Positions 17,932 to 27,452 of a stretch of DNA of 64,000 bases are shown piece after piece. The stretch spans positions 1,042 to 65,041 of the forward strand of contig JAFTOF010000002.1 of NCBI GenBank assembly GCA_017451505.1. Direction: 5' to 3'. The notes beneath the pieces were generated by a model. The model made no database searches and was not told the origin of the DNA. It saw only the letters and a program-made list of their open reading frames with translations. This DNA is from Clostridia bacterium. GTDB taxonomy: Bacteria > Bacillota > Clostridia > UMGS1883. The translations under genes were made by a program, and so were the position numbers. The stretch's first letter is position 1, and the number at the start of each line of letters is the position of its first letter.

Positions 17932-20118
17932 TCAAATTTCTGCAGTGATGTTTAAACTTTCAAGTTGCTTTTTAGCCATGGAGGCATAGACACCGCCATC
18001 TTTATTAAACAGCTCTTCGTGAGTACCTTCTTCCACCACACATCCTTCTTCCACCACAATCAGCCTGTCGGCATTTTTTAAGGTGGAAAATCTGTGGGCT
18101 ATTGCAATGGTAGTCCTGTCTTTTATAAGAAGCTGCATTGCCTTTTGAATTTGCTGCTCGGTTTTAGTGTCAAGGGACGATGTGGCTTCATCAAAAATCA
18201 ATATCGGCGGATTCATCAAGATTGCACGTGCAATGCTTATTCTCTGTTTTTCACCACCTGATAAATCCATGCCGTTTTTGCCAATGAGTGTATCATAGCC
18301 GTCGGGCAGGTTCATAATAAAATCATGTGCATATGCTTTTTTTGCTGCATCTATAATTTCATCGCGGCTTGCATTTGGTTTTCCGTAGGCGATATTCTCC
18401 GCTATGCTTCCCGTAAAAAGATATGTTTCCTGAAGCACCATTCCTATATTGCTTCTTAAGGTATCAAAGCTAAGTTCCTTCACATTCACGCCGTCAATAA
18501 GCACCTCTCCATCCGAAACATCATAAAGCCGTGTTATAAGATTTGTAATCGTGCTTTTTCCTGCTCCGCTGTGTCCTACAAGACCTACCATCTCTCCGCT
18601 TTCAACCGACAGAGATACATTTTTTAAAACAGGACGGTTGGGTTCATAAGAAAATGTGACATTTCTAAGCTCAACATTACCTTTTAAATTCTCTATTGAT
18701 ATTGGACTATGTGATTCGGGTACATCCGTCTTCCTGTCTATCACTTCAAAAATTCGTTGGGCACTGTTCATACAGCTTGTCCACCAGTCAAAGGTTTTCA
18801 CCATAAAGTTAACTGGGTTGTAAAGCAGGGACAAATATCCAACAAAGCTCATAAGCTCACCAAATGTGAGTTTTCCCGAAACGACCTGTGCTCCGCCCAG
18901 TCCCCATACGACAAGACCGCCAAGAGCCATGATGAAGTTAAGAAGCGGAAAAACCTTCGCCGAGGCAACGCCTTCACGTATACGGTTGTCGCACAGCTCT
19001 TTGCTTGCCTTGCAAAATCTCTCTGTTTCGCTTGTTTCCTTTCCGAAAGCCTTTACCACCCTTATTCCCATCAATGAATCATTGATAACAGAATTCATTG
19101 ACGATGACTTTCTCCAGGAATGCCATTTAAGCTTTTTAAACACACGGACAGATTTCTTGATGATAAGTGCAATCAACGGAAGCGGAACAATTACGGCAAC
19201 CGAGAGCACGGGATTAACGATAAAGAGAAAAAGCCCAACTGAGCAAATTGTTGCCCCATTTATGATGAAATTAGGCAGACCGTCATTTAAAAAATACTGA
19301 ATATCCAGTGCATCGCTGTTAATTCTGTTTAATAGGTTTCCTGTACGCTTTGATGAAAAGAAGCTCATTCCAAGCTTTTGCATAGAGGAAAAAACCTCGG
19401 TTTTAATATCGTAAATAATGTTTCCCGACATTTCTGCACCGATTCTGCCCTGAAGGATTCCCAAAAATGTTGAAAAGGCGGCAATACTCGCAATCAAAAT
19501 TACAAGCTCTGCTATTCTTCCTGAAAACATTCCGTCAGGATTTAATACATGGTCGTACAGAATAGTACCCGTGATATACGGCTGGATAAGATTTATCCCT
19601 GTAATTAAAAATATTATAAGTATCATTTTCACAAGCTGCTTTTTATATTTAGGCACATAGGAAAGCACACGCAAAAACAGCTTTTTTCTGCCCCGATTTA
19701 TATATGAAAAATCGTCGCCTGTTTTTTCCTCCATTTTTACACAGTCGGGATTCTGACCGTCCATGAGCTTTCGCACAAGACTCATAAACTGTTCAATCTT
19801 TGCCGATACTGATAACGTAAAATATGAAAGTGCCATTTCCTCTGTTTGGGTTCTGATTACAACTGCAGCCGAGGAAATATAATTTTCCGTGTTTATACTC
19901 TTTATTTCGGAGTATTTTCTAAGGAGAAACGTACCGTCCTCATAAATCACGCAGATAGCCCCCCTCAAAGCACACAAAACACATGTTCCGTACGTTTCGG
20001 GATGGGACAAATCACAGGTGACGAAAGAGACAAGTTCATCGGCGGCAATGCCGTAAGAATTAAGTTTTTCCGTTATAGTTTCTCTATCCATTTCCATAGT
20101 TTTTTGCAACACTGCCAC
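17932..20118 (-). CDS. ABC exporter (fused TMD-NBD) with N-terminal PH-like domain
   Basis: 728 aa with Walker A GHSGAGKST, signature LSGGEKQRI and Walker B LIFDEA. The roughly 140-aa cytoplasmic N-terminal domain is paralogous to that of the downstream exporter. The exact start is uncertain (GTG/TTG/ATG within 20097-20118, after AAGGAGG). Confidence 0.85.
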   Translation of the reverse strand: MAVLQKTMEMDRETITEKLNSYGIAADELVSFVTCDLSHPETYGTCVLCALRGAICVIYEDGTFLLRKYSEIKSINTENYISSAAVVIRTQTEEMALSYFTLSVSAKIEQFMSLVRKLMDGQNPDCVKMEEKTGDDFSYINRGRKKLFLRVLSYVPKYKKQLVKMILIIFLITGINLIQPYITGTILYDHVLNPDGMFSGRIAELVILIASIAAFSTFLGILQGRIGAEMSGNIIYDIKTEVFSSMQKLGMSFFSSKRTGNLLNRINSDALDIQYFLNDGLPNFIINGATICSVGLFLFIVNPVLSVAVIVPLPLIALIIKKSVRVFKKLKWHSWRKSSSMNSVINDSLMGIRVVKAFGKETSETERFCKASKELCDNRIREGVASAKVFPLLNFIMALGGLVVWGLGGAQVVSGKLTFGELMSFVGYLSLLYNPVNFMVKTFDWWTSCMNSAQRIFEVIDRKTDVPESHSPISIENLKGNVELRNVTFSYEPNRPVLKNVSLSVESGEMVGLVGHSGAGKSTITNLITRLYDVSDGEVLIDGVNVKELSFDTLRSNIGMVLQETYLFTGSIAENIAYGKPNASRDEIIDAAKKAYAHDFIMNLPDGYDTLIGKNGMDLSGGEKQRISIARAILMNPPILIFDEATSSLDTKTEQQIQKAMQLLIKDRTTIAIAHRFSTLKNADRLIVVEEGCVVEEGTHEELFNKDGGVYASMAKKQLESLNITAEI

Positions 20119-20211
20119 CTCCTTAAATCAAGTATACATACCTAAAAGACATTATACACTTTTTGGCAATAAAAAGCAATATAATTATACGGATATAAAC
20201 GAACTTTTTTG

Positions 20212-20258
20212 TAAAAAAAGATAAGGATATAAAAAAGTTTAACTTCCTTATATCCTTA
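20212..20258 (-). terminator. Intrinsic terminator of queA
   Basis: Reverse strand reads TAAGGATATAA-ggaagttaaactttt-TTATATCCTTA followed by TCTTTTTTT. Confidence 0.7.
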
Positions 20259-20279
20259 CGGTTATTGATTTCTAATTCT

Positions 20280-21302
20280 CTATTGTATAAACATCGCATC
20301 GCCAAAGCTGAAAAATCTGTACTTTTCATTAACTGCATGCTCATACGCATTTAAAATATTTTCCTTACCTGCAAGTGCACTTACAAGCATAACAAGGGTG
20401 GATTTTGGCAAATGGAAATTAGTTATAAGTGCGTCTGTCATCTTGAATTTATAGCCTGGATAGATAAAAATATCCGTTTCTCCGCTTTTTGGCAGTAATA
20501 CCCCATTTTCGGAAGCACTTTCGACAGTTCTGCAGCTTGTAGTTCCCACACAAATAACTCTGCCTCCGCTTGCCTTTGTTTCATTTACAATCTTTGCCGT
20601 TTCCTCGGAAACTGTGTAATATTCGGAGTGCATCTTATGCTGAGTTACATCGGTAACCTTTACAGGGCGGAATGTACCCAGACCCACATGCAGTGTCAAG
20701 AATGCAAGCTTTACACCTATTTTTTGAATTTCGTCAAGCAGTTCATTTGTAAAGTGCAATCCTGCCGTAGGTGCGGCGGCACTGCCGTCGTGCTTTGAAT
20801 AAACGGTTTGATAGCGGTTTTTATCCTGTAATTTCTCCTTAATATAGTGCGGAAGCGGCATTTCGCCCAATTCCTCCAGCACGTTTTCAAAAAGTCCGTC
20901 ATAAGTAAATCTGACGCGTCTGTTTCCTCCTTCAAGGATATCCAGAACCTCTGCACAAAGCTTTCCTCCGCCAAATTCAAACTCTGCACCGATTTTGGCT
21001 TTTCTTCCTGGTTTTAAGGCTACCTCCCACTCATCGGTGGAATACCTGTGCAATAGCAGAAATTCAATCGCACCTCCGCTTTCTTTTTTACTGCCGTAAA
21101 GCCTTGCGGGGATAACCCTTGTATCATTTAGAACAAGGCAGTCACCTTTTTTAAGATATGCCTTGATATTCTTAAAGGAATCATCCTTGTATTCTCCTGT
21201 ATTCTTATCAAGCACCAACAGCCTTGATGCAGTTCTGTCCTTAAGGGGCGTCTGTGCAATACGCTCCTCAGGTAAAAAATAATCAAATTCCTCGGTGTTC
21301 AT
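20280..21302 (-). CDS. queA: S-adenosylmethionine:tRNA ribosyltransferase-isomerase
   Basis: 340 aa. [31 protein letters not shown] is the typical QueA N-terminus. Confidence 0.9.
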   Translation of the reverse strand: MNTEEFDYFLPEERIAQTPLKDRTASRLLVLDKNTGEYKDDSFKNIKAYLKKGDCLVLNDTRVIPARLYGSKKESGGAIEFLLLHRYSTDEWEVALKPGRKAKIGAEFEFGGGKLCAEVLDILEGGNRRVRFTYDGLFENVLEELGEMPLPHYIKEKLQDKNRYQTVYSKHDGSAAAPTAGLHFTNELLDEIQKIGVKLAFLTLHVGLGTFRPVKVTDVTQHKMHSEYYTVSEETAKIVNETKASGGRVICVGTTSCRTVESASENGVLLPKSGETDIFIYPGYKFKMTDALITNFHLPKSTLVMLVSALAGKENILNAYEHAVNEKYRFFSFGDAMFIQ

Positions 21303-21312
21303 AGTTCCTAAA

Positions 21313-22614
21313 TTACCTCAATTCCAAGCCTGTAAAATAATGCTTTAATATTTCTTCGTATCCAAAGCCGTTTTCCGCCATTCCTCTTGCACCCCACTGG
21401 CTCATACCTACTCCGTGTCCATATCCTCCACCGTCTATAGCATACTTTTCCACACTGCCCGTTGGATTAATATTAAGCTGTGAAATAGCTGAGTTTTCAG
21501 ATATTACGCTAAAGCCTGCCACGCCGAAAGTTCCCTCGGATGAGCAGGCGAAAAGCGGAGCCTTTACCTCTCCCGATGTGGTGATAATTGACAAAACACT
21601 GTCGGGATATATGCTGAACTTCTGACTGTAAAGTCCAAGAATTGTTCTGCACTTTTCACGCTGTACGCTATGTGTGCCATCACTTCCGTGAAAAGTCATT
21701 TTAAGAACTCTTCCACTGTCGGATTTTGAATCAACTGTAATATTATTAAGTGTACCAATGTTAACCCCTGCATCGGAAAGCTTTTTTTCTACTTCCTCTT
21801 TCGTCAGGGTGATATTCCATTTATATTTTGAAGCTTTTTCGGGGTTTTCATAAGTATCGGGAACGGATTTCAAATAATCTATTGAGCTTCCCCATACGTT
21901 TTTAACATCTTCTGTCTGCCCTCCGCTTGTGGCAAAGAAGAAAAGTTCTGCAACCTTATCATTATGATAGCCAAGTATACCCTTTGTTTCATTTACTGCA
22001 GCTCTTGTATTCTCGTGCTCGCTTGCAACGCCGCCGTAAACCTGACAATGAGTGGTGGGACAAACATCGAATCCGTAATTTTTATGTGCACCTGTGCGTG
22101 TAAGCACATAATTTCGTGCACATACCGATTGAGCTTTTAAAGCTTCCTTCGGCCATGTATAGCTCATTTCTTTTCCCAAAACACTTGCCACATAATCATC
22201 TGTTCCCACATAGTTTACTACAAGAAGAGTGCCGTCAGTGCATTTTTCGATATAAATATATCCCCTGTACTCCTTACCGTCACACACCAAGGTTGTTCCC
22301 TGCGGTGGCTGAACGGAAAGCTTTAAAATACCGCTTGCATCAAATTTATTCCACGAAGCAAAACCTGTAGATCCCATTTCTATGTAAAGTTCCTCACCTA
22401 TCTGTGCCTGATACAAAACCGTGCCGACTGCGGCATCGTACACGGTAAGTCCTCCCTGTGAAGAAAGAGTTACACTGTTTCCCGAATTACTGCCATACTT
22501 AATTCCCACGGAAACTTCGCTTCTGTACTCTGATGCCTGTGTTATATTTGCAAAAGCAATAATCGCTGTAAAAATCAAACATATTATGAGAAATTTCTTT
22601 TTCACATTGCCCAC
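21313..22614 (-). CDS. SpoIID/LytB domain-containing protein
   Basis: 433 aa with a signal/anchor sequence and SpoIID motifs ([28 protein letters not shown]). Confidence 0.8.
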   Translation of the reverse strand: MGNVKKKFLIICLIFTAIIAFANITQASEYRSEVSVGIKYGSNSGNSVTLSSQGGLTVYDAAVGTVLYQAQIGEELYIEMGSTGFASWNKFDASGILKLSVQPPQGTTLVCDGKEYRGYIYIEKCTDGTLLVVNYVGTDDYVASVLGKEMSYTWPKEALKAQSVCARNYVLTRTGAHKNYGFDVCPTTHCQVYGGVASEHENTRAAVNETKGILGYHNDKVAELFFFATSGGQTEDVKNVWGSSIDYLKSVPDTYENPEKASKYKWNITLTKEEVEKKLSDAGVNIGTLNNITVDSKSDSGRVLKMTFHGSDGTHSVQREKCRTILGLYSQKFSIYPDSVLSIITTSGEVKAPLFACSSEGTFGVAGFSVISENSAISQLNINPTGSVEKYAIDGGGYGHGVGMSQWGARGMAENGFGYEEILKHYFTGLELR

Positions 22615-22695
22615 CTCCCCATATTCGTATCATAATACTTTTTTCGACGAAAATCAAGAAAATCCTTTATTTTTAATAGCTTTTGCCTCAAAAAA

Positions 22696-22724
22696 TTGAC
22701 ATATGAATATTTTAGTGATATACT
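22696..22724 (+). promoter_or_regulatory. Consensus-like sigma-A promoter of dapA copy 1
   Basis: TTGACA (22696-22701), a 17-nt spacer, then TATACT (22719-22724). Confidence 0.65.
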
Positions 22725-22785
22725 GAATAAAAATGAATATTGATTGATAGGCATATTGATTGATATGCATAAGGAGGTATGTCAA

Positions 22786-23679
22786 GTGAGAACTAAGTCG
22801 ATTTTTACAGGCTCTTGTTGTGCCATTGTTACTCCATTTGATAAAAACGGAAAAGTAAATTTTGATGCACTTGAAAAATTGGTTGAATTCCAGATTGAAG
22901 GAAAAACCGATGCCATCTGCGTATGCGGAACAACGGGCGAAGCACCCACCCTTGCAGATGACGAACACCTCAAGGTAATAGAATGTGTTGTAAAAAAGGT
23001 TAACGGAAGAATTCCCGTAATCGCAGGAACAGGCTCCAATGACACAAACCATGCTATTATGATGTCGAAAGAGGCAACGGCGCTTGGTGCTGATGCACTC
23101 CTTCTGGTAACTCCTTATTACAATAAAACTACACAAAAGGGGCTTATCAGGCATTACACTGCTATTGCCGATACACTTGAAATCCCCGCTATCTTGTACA
23201 ATGTTCCGGGAAGAACAAGCGTAAACATTGCCCCCTCAACGCTGAAAGCTCTTTGCGATCACCCCAATATTGCCGCTATAAAAGAGGCATCGGGTAATAT
23301 GGCACAGGTTGTTGAAATGATGAGTCTGTGCGGTGATAAAATTGATTTTTATTCGGGAAATGACGATATAAATGTTCCCATTACCGCCATCGGAGGAAAG
23401 GGTGCAATTTCCGTACTTGCAAACATAGCACCCACTAAGACGCATCAGATGCTTCAGCTCGCACTGGACGGCAATATCAAAGAAGCAACAAAACTGCAGT
23501 TTGAAGCGACAGAGCTTATAGGTGCATTGTTCTGCGAGGTAAATCCCATTCCAGTTAAGGAGGGGCTTAATATCTTAGGCTTTGATGTGGGTATCGGGCG
23601 TCTTCCCCTTTGCGAAATGGATAGTTCCAATGCACAAAAACTTCGCACGTGTATGCAAAATTACGGTTTGATAAAATAG
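22786..23679 (+). CDS. dapA: 4-hydroxy-tetrahydrodipicolinate synthase (copy 1)
   Basis: The GTG start at 22786 lies 8 nt after AAGGAGG. DapA motifs are GTTGE, YNVPGRT and IKEASG. Confidence 0.9.
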   Translation: MRTKSIFTGSCCAIVTPFDKNGKVNFDALEKLVEFQIEGKTDAICVCGTTGEAPTLADDEHLKVIECVVKKVNGRIPVIAGTGSNDTNHAIMMSKEATALGADALLLVTPYYNKTTQKGLIRHYTAIADTLEIPAILYNVPGRTSVNIAPSTLKALCDHPNIAAIKEASGNMAQVVEMMSLCGDKIDFYSGNDDINVPITAIGGKGAISVLANIAPTKTHQMLQLALDGNIKEATKLQFEATELIGALFCEVNPIPVKEGLNILGFDVGIGRLPLCEMDSSNAQKLRTCMQNYGLIK

Positions 23680-23757
23680 AAGCGTGTCGCTTCACCCTCG
23701 TCGCGTTCTGGCTAAAATCAAGATTGGAAAATCTTTTTTGCGATTAAATTACGCAAT
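23679..23757 (+). repeat. Stop-proximal repeat family, full copy A
   Basis: GAAGCGTGTCGCTTCACCCTCGTCGCGTTCTGGCTAA...TGCGATTAAATTACGCAA. It starts at the last base of the dapA TAG. Confidence 0.75.
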
Positions 23758-23820
23758 TTCCTGTACGGTAAAACAGCCGAAAACAATCTATTCTTTTCGG
23801 CTCATCAGGTTATAAAAACC

Positions 23821-23858
23821 AAAATCGTGCCGTATAATTAATTATACGGTGCGATTTT
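23821..23858 (+). terminator. 38-nt near-perfect palindrome / hairpin upstream of dapB
   Basis: aaaatcgtgccgtataatt|aattatacggtgcgatttt. The two imperfect positions become G-U wobbles only in + strand RNA. It ends 18 nt before the dapB RBS. Confidence 0.5.
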
Positions 23859-23890
23859 CATATTCAGATTATACTAAAAGGTGGATTCAT

Positions 23891-24652
23891 ATGATAAAGA
23901 TAGCTTTAATAGGTGCAAACGGAAAAATGGGACAGGTTATAAGCAGACTGCTTGAAGGCAGCGAAACTGCACAGGTTTCATTCGGTATCGATATTAATAC
24001 TGTCTGCAACAGCTCTTTTCCTGTATATCCCTCTCTCTCGGATGCAAAAGAGGAATGTGATGTGATTATAGATTTTTCTCACCCGTCAACATTAGAGGCT
24101 ACTCTTAAATATGCTTCAGAGAATAACAAAGCGGCAGTAATTGCAACTACAGGTCTTGCAAACGAACAAATCGAGGCTATTAAGAAAACAGCTGAAAATA
24201 TTCCTCTCTTTTTCAGTGCCAATATGTCTTTGGGCGTAAACCTGCTTATTGAGCTTGCAAAAAAAGCTACAATGCTTCTTGAGGAAAATTTTGATATTGA
24301 AATTATTGAAAAGCACCACAATCAGAAGATTGATGCTCCAAGCGGCACTGCACTATCTATTGCCGATGCAATTAATGAGACAAGTATAAAAGCAAACGAA
24401 TATGTGTATGACAGACATAGCACACGCAAAAAAAGAAGTAGGAATGAAATCGGTATTCACTCACTCCGCGGAGGCACAATAGTGGGTGAACACAGCGTAA
24501 TATTTGCAGGAACAGATGAAATCATCGAGTTAAAGCACACGGCAACAAGCAAAGAGGTTTTCGCTGTCGGTGCAATAAAAGCGGCAGCGTTTCTTATCGG
24601 TAAAAAACCCGGATTATACAACATGGGCAATCTTATAGAAGGGGTATGTTAA
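23891..24652 (+). CDS. dapB: 4-hydroxy-tetrahydrodipicolinate reductase
   Basis: Start MIKIALIGANGKMG (NAD-binding GxxGxxG) after AAAAGGTGG, with EKHHNQKIDAPSGTA. The ORF-track start at 23849 lies inside the hairpin. Confidence 0.9.
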   Translation: MIKIALIGANGKMGQVISRLLEGSETAQVSFGIDINTVCNSSFPVYPSLSDAKEECDVIIDFSHPSTLEATLKYASENNKAAVIATTGLANEQIEAIKKTAENIPLFFSANMSLGVNLLIELAKKATMLLEENFDIEIIEKHHNQKIDAPSGTALSIADAINETSIKANEYVYDRHSTRKKRSRNEIGIHSLRGGTIVGEHSVIFAGTDEIIELKHTATSKEVFAVGAIKAAAFLIGKKPGLYNMGNLIEGVC

Positions 24653-24655
24653 AAA

Positions 24656-25327
24656 ATGAAAAGAACTTCACTTCGGGACAGAAAGCTCCCCGATTACACC
24701 AAAGGAGAAGAAATTTTTAATATGGTCACCCACATTGTGGGCGGAGCCTTGGGCGTTACTTATCTTGTCCTTTGCGTAATAGTCGCCGCAATGCATGGTA
24801 ACGGCTACGGCGTTGTAGGAAGTGCCATTTACGGATTTTCAGTAATAGTTCTCTTTACAATGTCCAGCATATATCACGGATTACGTCCCGGTATGGCAAA
24901 AAAGGTTTTTCAGGTTATAGACCATTGTACAATATATATCATGATTGCAGGTACTTACACACCTATTACACTTTCGGGTATACGTGCTCTCGACCCGATG
25001 CAGGGCTGGCTTCTTTTCGGGATAGTTTGGGGCATCACCGTTATTGCAATGGTATTTACAGCTATTGACCATAATAAGTTCAGCAAATTTTCAATGGCGT
25101 GCTACGTGGGGCTTGGATGGTTCATAATTATTTTCTGGGATCTTACCTACGCGGTACTGGGTATGGGCGGAACTGTTTTTCTGGCTTTGGGTGGCGTGCT
25201 TTATACAATCGGAGCTGTTTTATACTCCCTCGGCGAAAAAAAGCGTTACATTCACTCCCTGTTCCATATATTTGTGGATTTGGCAAGTCTGATGCATTTC
25301 TTCTGCATACTGTTTTATGTGGTTTAA
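24656..25327 (+). CDS. Hemolysin III / PAQR family membrane protein
   Basis: 223 aa with seven TM helices and PAQR motifs (SSIYHGL, DHCTIYIMIAGTYTP, HIFV). Confidence 0.85.
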   Translation: MKRTSLRDRKLPDYTKGEEIFNMVTHIVGGALGVTYLVLCVIVAAMHGNGYGVVGSAIYGFSVIVLFTMSSIYHGLRPGMAKKVFQVIDHCTIYIMIAGTYTPITLSGIRALDPMQGWLLFGIVWGITVIAMVFTAIDHNKFSKFSMACYVGLGWFIIIFWDLTYAVLGMGGTVFLALGGVLYTIGAVLYSLGEKKRYIHSLFHIFVDLASLMHFFCILFYVV

Positions 25328-25419
25328 GATAGAATTGTATAGAAAAGCTTGGCGAAGATTCATTCTTCGCCAAGCTTTTCTATATAAACAAAAATAATCC
25401 AAAACTTACTATAAAAAAA

Positions 25420-25448
25420 TTGACATATAAATTTATTGGTGCTATAAT
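25420..25448 (+). promoter_or_regulatory. Consensus sigma-A promoter of asd-dapA2
   Basis: TTGACA (25420-25425), a 17-nt spacer, then TATAAT (25443-25448). The upstream A-tract and -35 context (AAAAATTGACATAT.AAT) closely match the dapA copy 1 promoter. Confidence 0.7.
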
Positions 25449-25493
25449 AATATTTAATGTTTTGTTTTATGATTATGAAAGGAATGATATAAT

Positions 25494-26489
25494 ATGAAAA
25501 AACTTAATGTTGCAGTAGTTGGAGCTACAGGTATGGTAGGAAGAACCTTTCTTAAGGTGCTTGAAGAAGAGAACCTCCCTGTAGAAAACTATTATCTCTT
25601 TGCATCTGCACGCAGTGCAGGCTCAAAGGTTGAGTTCATGGGTAAGGAATACACCGTCGAGGAGCTGACTGAAAGCTCTTTTGACAGAGGAATTGATATT
25701 GCTCTTTTCAGTGCAGGCGGTTCAATCAGCGAAAAGTTTGCACCCATTGCTGCAAGCAAGGGATGTATTGTAATCGATAACTCCAGTGCGTGGAGAATGG
25801 ATAAGGAAGTTCCGCTCGTTGTTCCAGAGGTTAATCCCGAGGATATCAAGTGGAACAAGGGTATTATTGCAAACCCCAACTGCTCTACAATTCAGGCTAT
25901 GGTTGCACTTAAACCTCTTGATGACAAGTATAAGATTAAGAGAGTTGTTTATTCAACATATCAGGCAGTTTCAGGTGCAGGTATGGGCGGCTGGAGCGAC
26001 CTTGAAAACGGTCTTAAGGGTGAAGCACCCAAGAAGTTCCCCCACCCCATTGCAAACAACTGTCTTCCTCACATTGATGTATTTCTTCCCAACGGTTACA
26101 CCAAGGAAGAAATGAAGATGGTTAATGAAACAAGAAAGATTTTAGGCAGAGAGGATATCAGAATCACCGCTACGACTGTACGCGTGCCTGTATTCAACAG
26201 CCACAGCGAATCAATCAATGTGGAATTTGAAAAGCCCTTTGACCTTGCTGAGCTTAAGGAAGTTCTCAAGAATGCACCCGGTGTTGTAGTTCAGGACGAC
26301 CCTGAAAACAATGTTTATCCCCTTGCAATCAATGCAACAGGCTCTAACGATACATATATCGGCAGAATTCGCCGTGACGAAAGCGTAGAAAGCGGTGTTA
26401 ACCTTTGGGTTGTTGCCGACAACATCCGTAAGGGTGCTGCTGCAAATGCAGTTCAGATTGCAAAGAAAGTTATTGAGTACATGGACTAA
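25494..26489 (+). CDS. asd: Aspartate-semialdehyde dehydrogenase
   Basis: 331 aa with MKKLNVAVVGATGMVG, active-site NPNCST and YQAVSGAG. Confidence 0.92.
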   Translation: MKKLNVAVVGATGMVGRTFLKVLEEENLPVENYYLFASARSAGSKVEFMGKEYTVEELTESSFDRGIDIALFSAGGSISEKFAPIAASKGCIVIDNSSAWRMDKEVPLVVPEVNPEDIKWNKGIIANPNCSTIQAMVALKPLDDKYKIKRVVYSTYQAVSGAGMGGWSDLENGLKGEAPKKFPHPIANNCLPHIDVFLPNGYTKEEMKMVNETRKILGREDIRITATTVRVPVFNSHSESINVEFEKPFDLAELKEVLKNAPGVVVQDDPENNVYPLAINATGSNDTYIGRIRRDESVESGVNLWVVADNIRKGAAANAVQIAKKVIEYMD

Positions 26490-26504
26490 TTGGAGGTATA
26501 TCAA

Positions 26505-27398
26505 GTGAGAACGAAGTCAATTTTTACAGGCTCTTGTTGTGCCATTGTTACTCCCTTTGATAAAAACGGAAATACAAATTTTGAAGAGCTTAAGAAAATA
26601 GTAGAATTTCAGATTGAAAACAAGACTGATTGTATCTGTGCCTGTGGAACGACGGGCGAAGCTTCTACTTTAAATGACAAAGAGCATCTTGAGGTTATAG
26701 AATTTATTGTTGACACTGTTAACGGAAGAATTCCCGTAATCGCAGGAACAGGTTCTAACGATACAAGACACGGAATCGAGCTTTGTAAGAACGCTTGCAG
26801 CCTTGGTGTAGACGGTCTTTTGATTGTTACCCCCTACTACAATAAAACAAGCCAGAGAGGTCTTATACATAACTACTCTGTTATGGCAGAATGTGTTGAC
26901 AAACCCATTATTCTCTATAATGTTCCCGGAAGAACGGGCTGTAATATCTCTCCCGCAACTCTTAACACCCTTGCAGACCATCCCAATATTGTGGGTATTA
27001 AAGAAGCATCGGGCGATATGTCACAGTTTATTGAAATGATGGCTCTCTGCGGTGACAGACTTGATTTCTATTCAGGTAATGACGACATCAACGTTCCCAT
27101 AATTTCTATGGGCGGTAAAGGTGCTATTTCCGTACTTGCAAACGTTGCTCCCCGTCAGGCACATGATATGGTGCAGTTTGCTTTGGACGGAGATTTCAAA
27201 CAGGCTGCTAAAATGCAGTGTGAAGCACTTGACCTTATCAATTCTCTTTTCTGCGAGGTTAACCCCATTCCCGTTAAAGAGGGCATGAATATCCTTGGTT
27301 TTAATGCAGGTCCTACAAGACTACCTCTTTATGAAATGGCCCCCGAAAACGTGGAGAGACTGAAAAACTCCATGAAAAACTATGGTTTAATTAAATAA
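26505..27398 (+). CDS. dapA: 4-hydroxy-tetrahydrodipicolinate synthase (copy 2)
   Basis: The GTG start at 26505 follows GGAGG, which immediately follows the asd stop. Same DapA motifs as copy 1. Roughly two-thirds amino-acid identity to copy 1 by eye. Confidence 0.9.
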   Translation: MRTKSIFTGSCCAIVTPFDKNGNTNFEELKKIVEFQIENKTDCICACGTTGEASTLNDKEHLEVIEFIVDTVNGRIPVIAGTGSNDTRHGIELCKNACSLGVDGLLIVTPYYNKTSQRGLIHNYSVMAECVDKPIILYNVPGRTGCNISPATLNTLADHPNIVGIKEASGDMSQFIEMMALCGDRLDFYSGNDDINVPIISMGGKGAISVLANVAPRQAHDMVQFALDGDFKQAAKMQCEALDLINSLFCEVNPIPVKEGMNILGFNAGPTRLPLYEMAPENVERLKNSMKNYGLIK

Positions 27399-27411
27399 TA
27401 ACATTAAATAT

Positions 27412-27447
27412 AAAAATACTGCGGTAATTAATTACCGCAGTATTTTT
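27412..27447. terminator. Bidirectional intrinsic terminator
   Basis: Perfect palindrome aaaaatactgcggtaatt|aattaccgcagtattttt between the convergent dapA2 and ftsH genes. Confidence 0.85.
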
Positions 27448-27452
27448 ATGTT

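Noticed and set aside
22654-23154. 166-aa reverse-strand ORF over the dapA-1 promoter and 5' region
   Set aside because: It is antisense to dapA and to a near-consensus promoter, and has no motifs.
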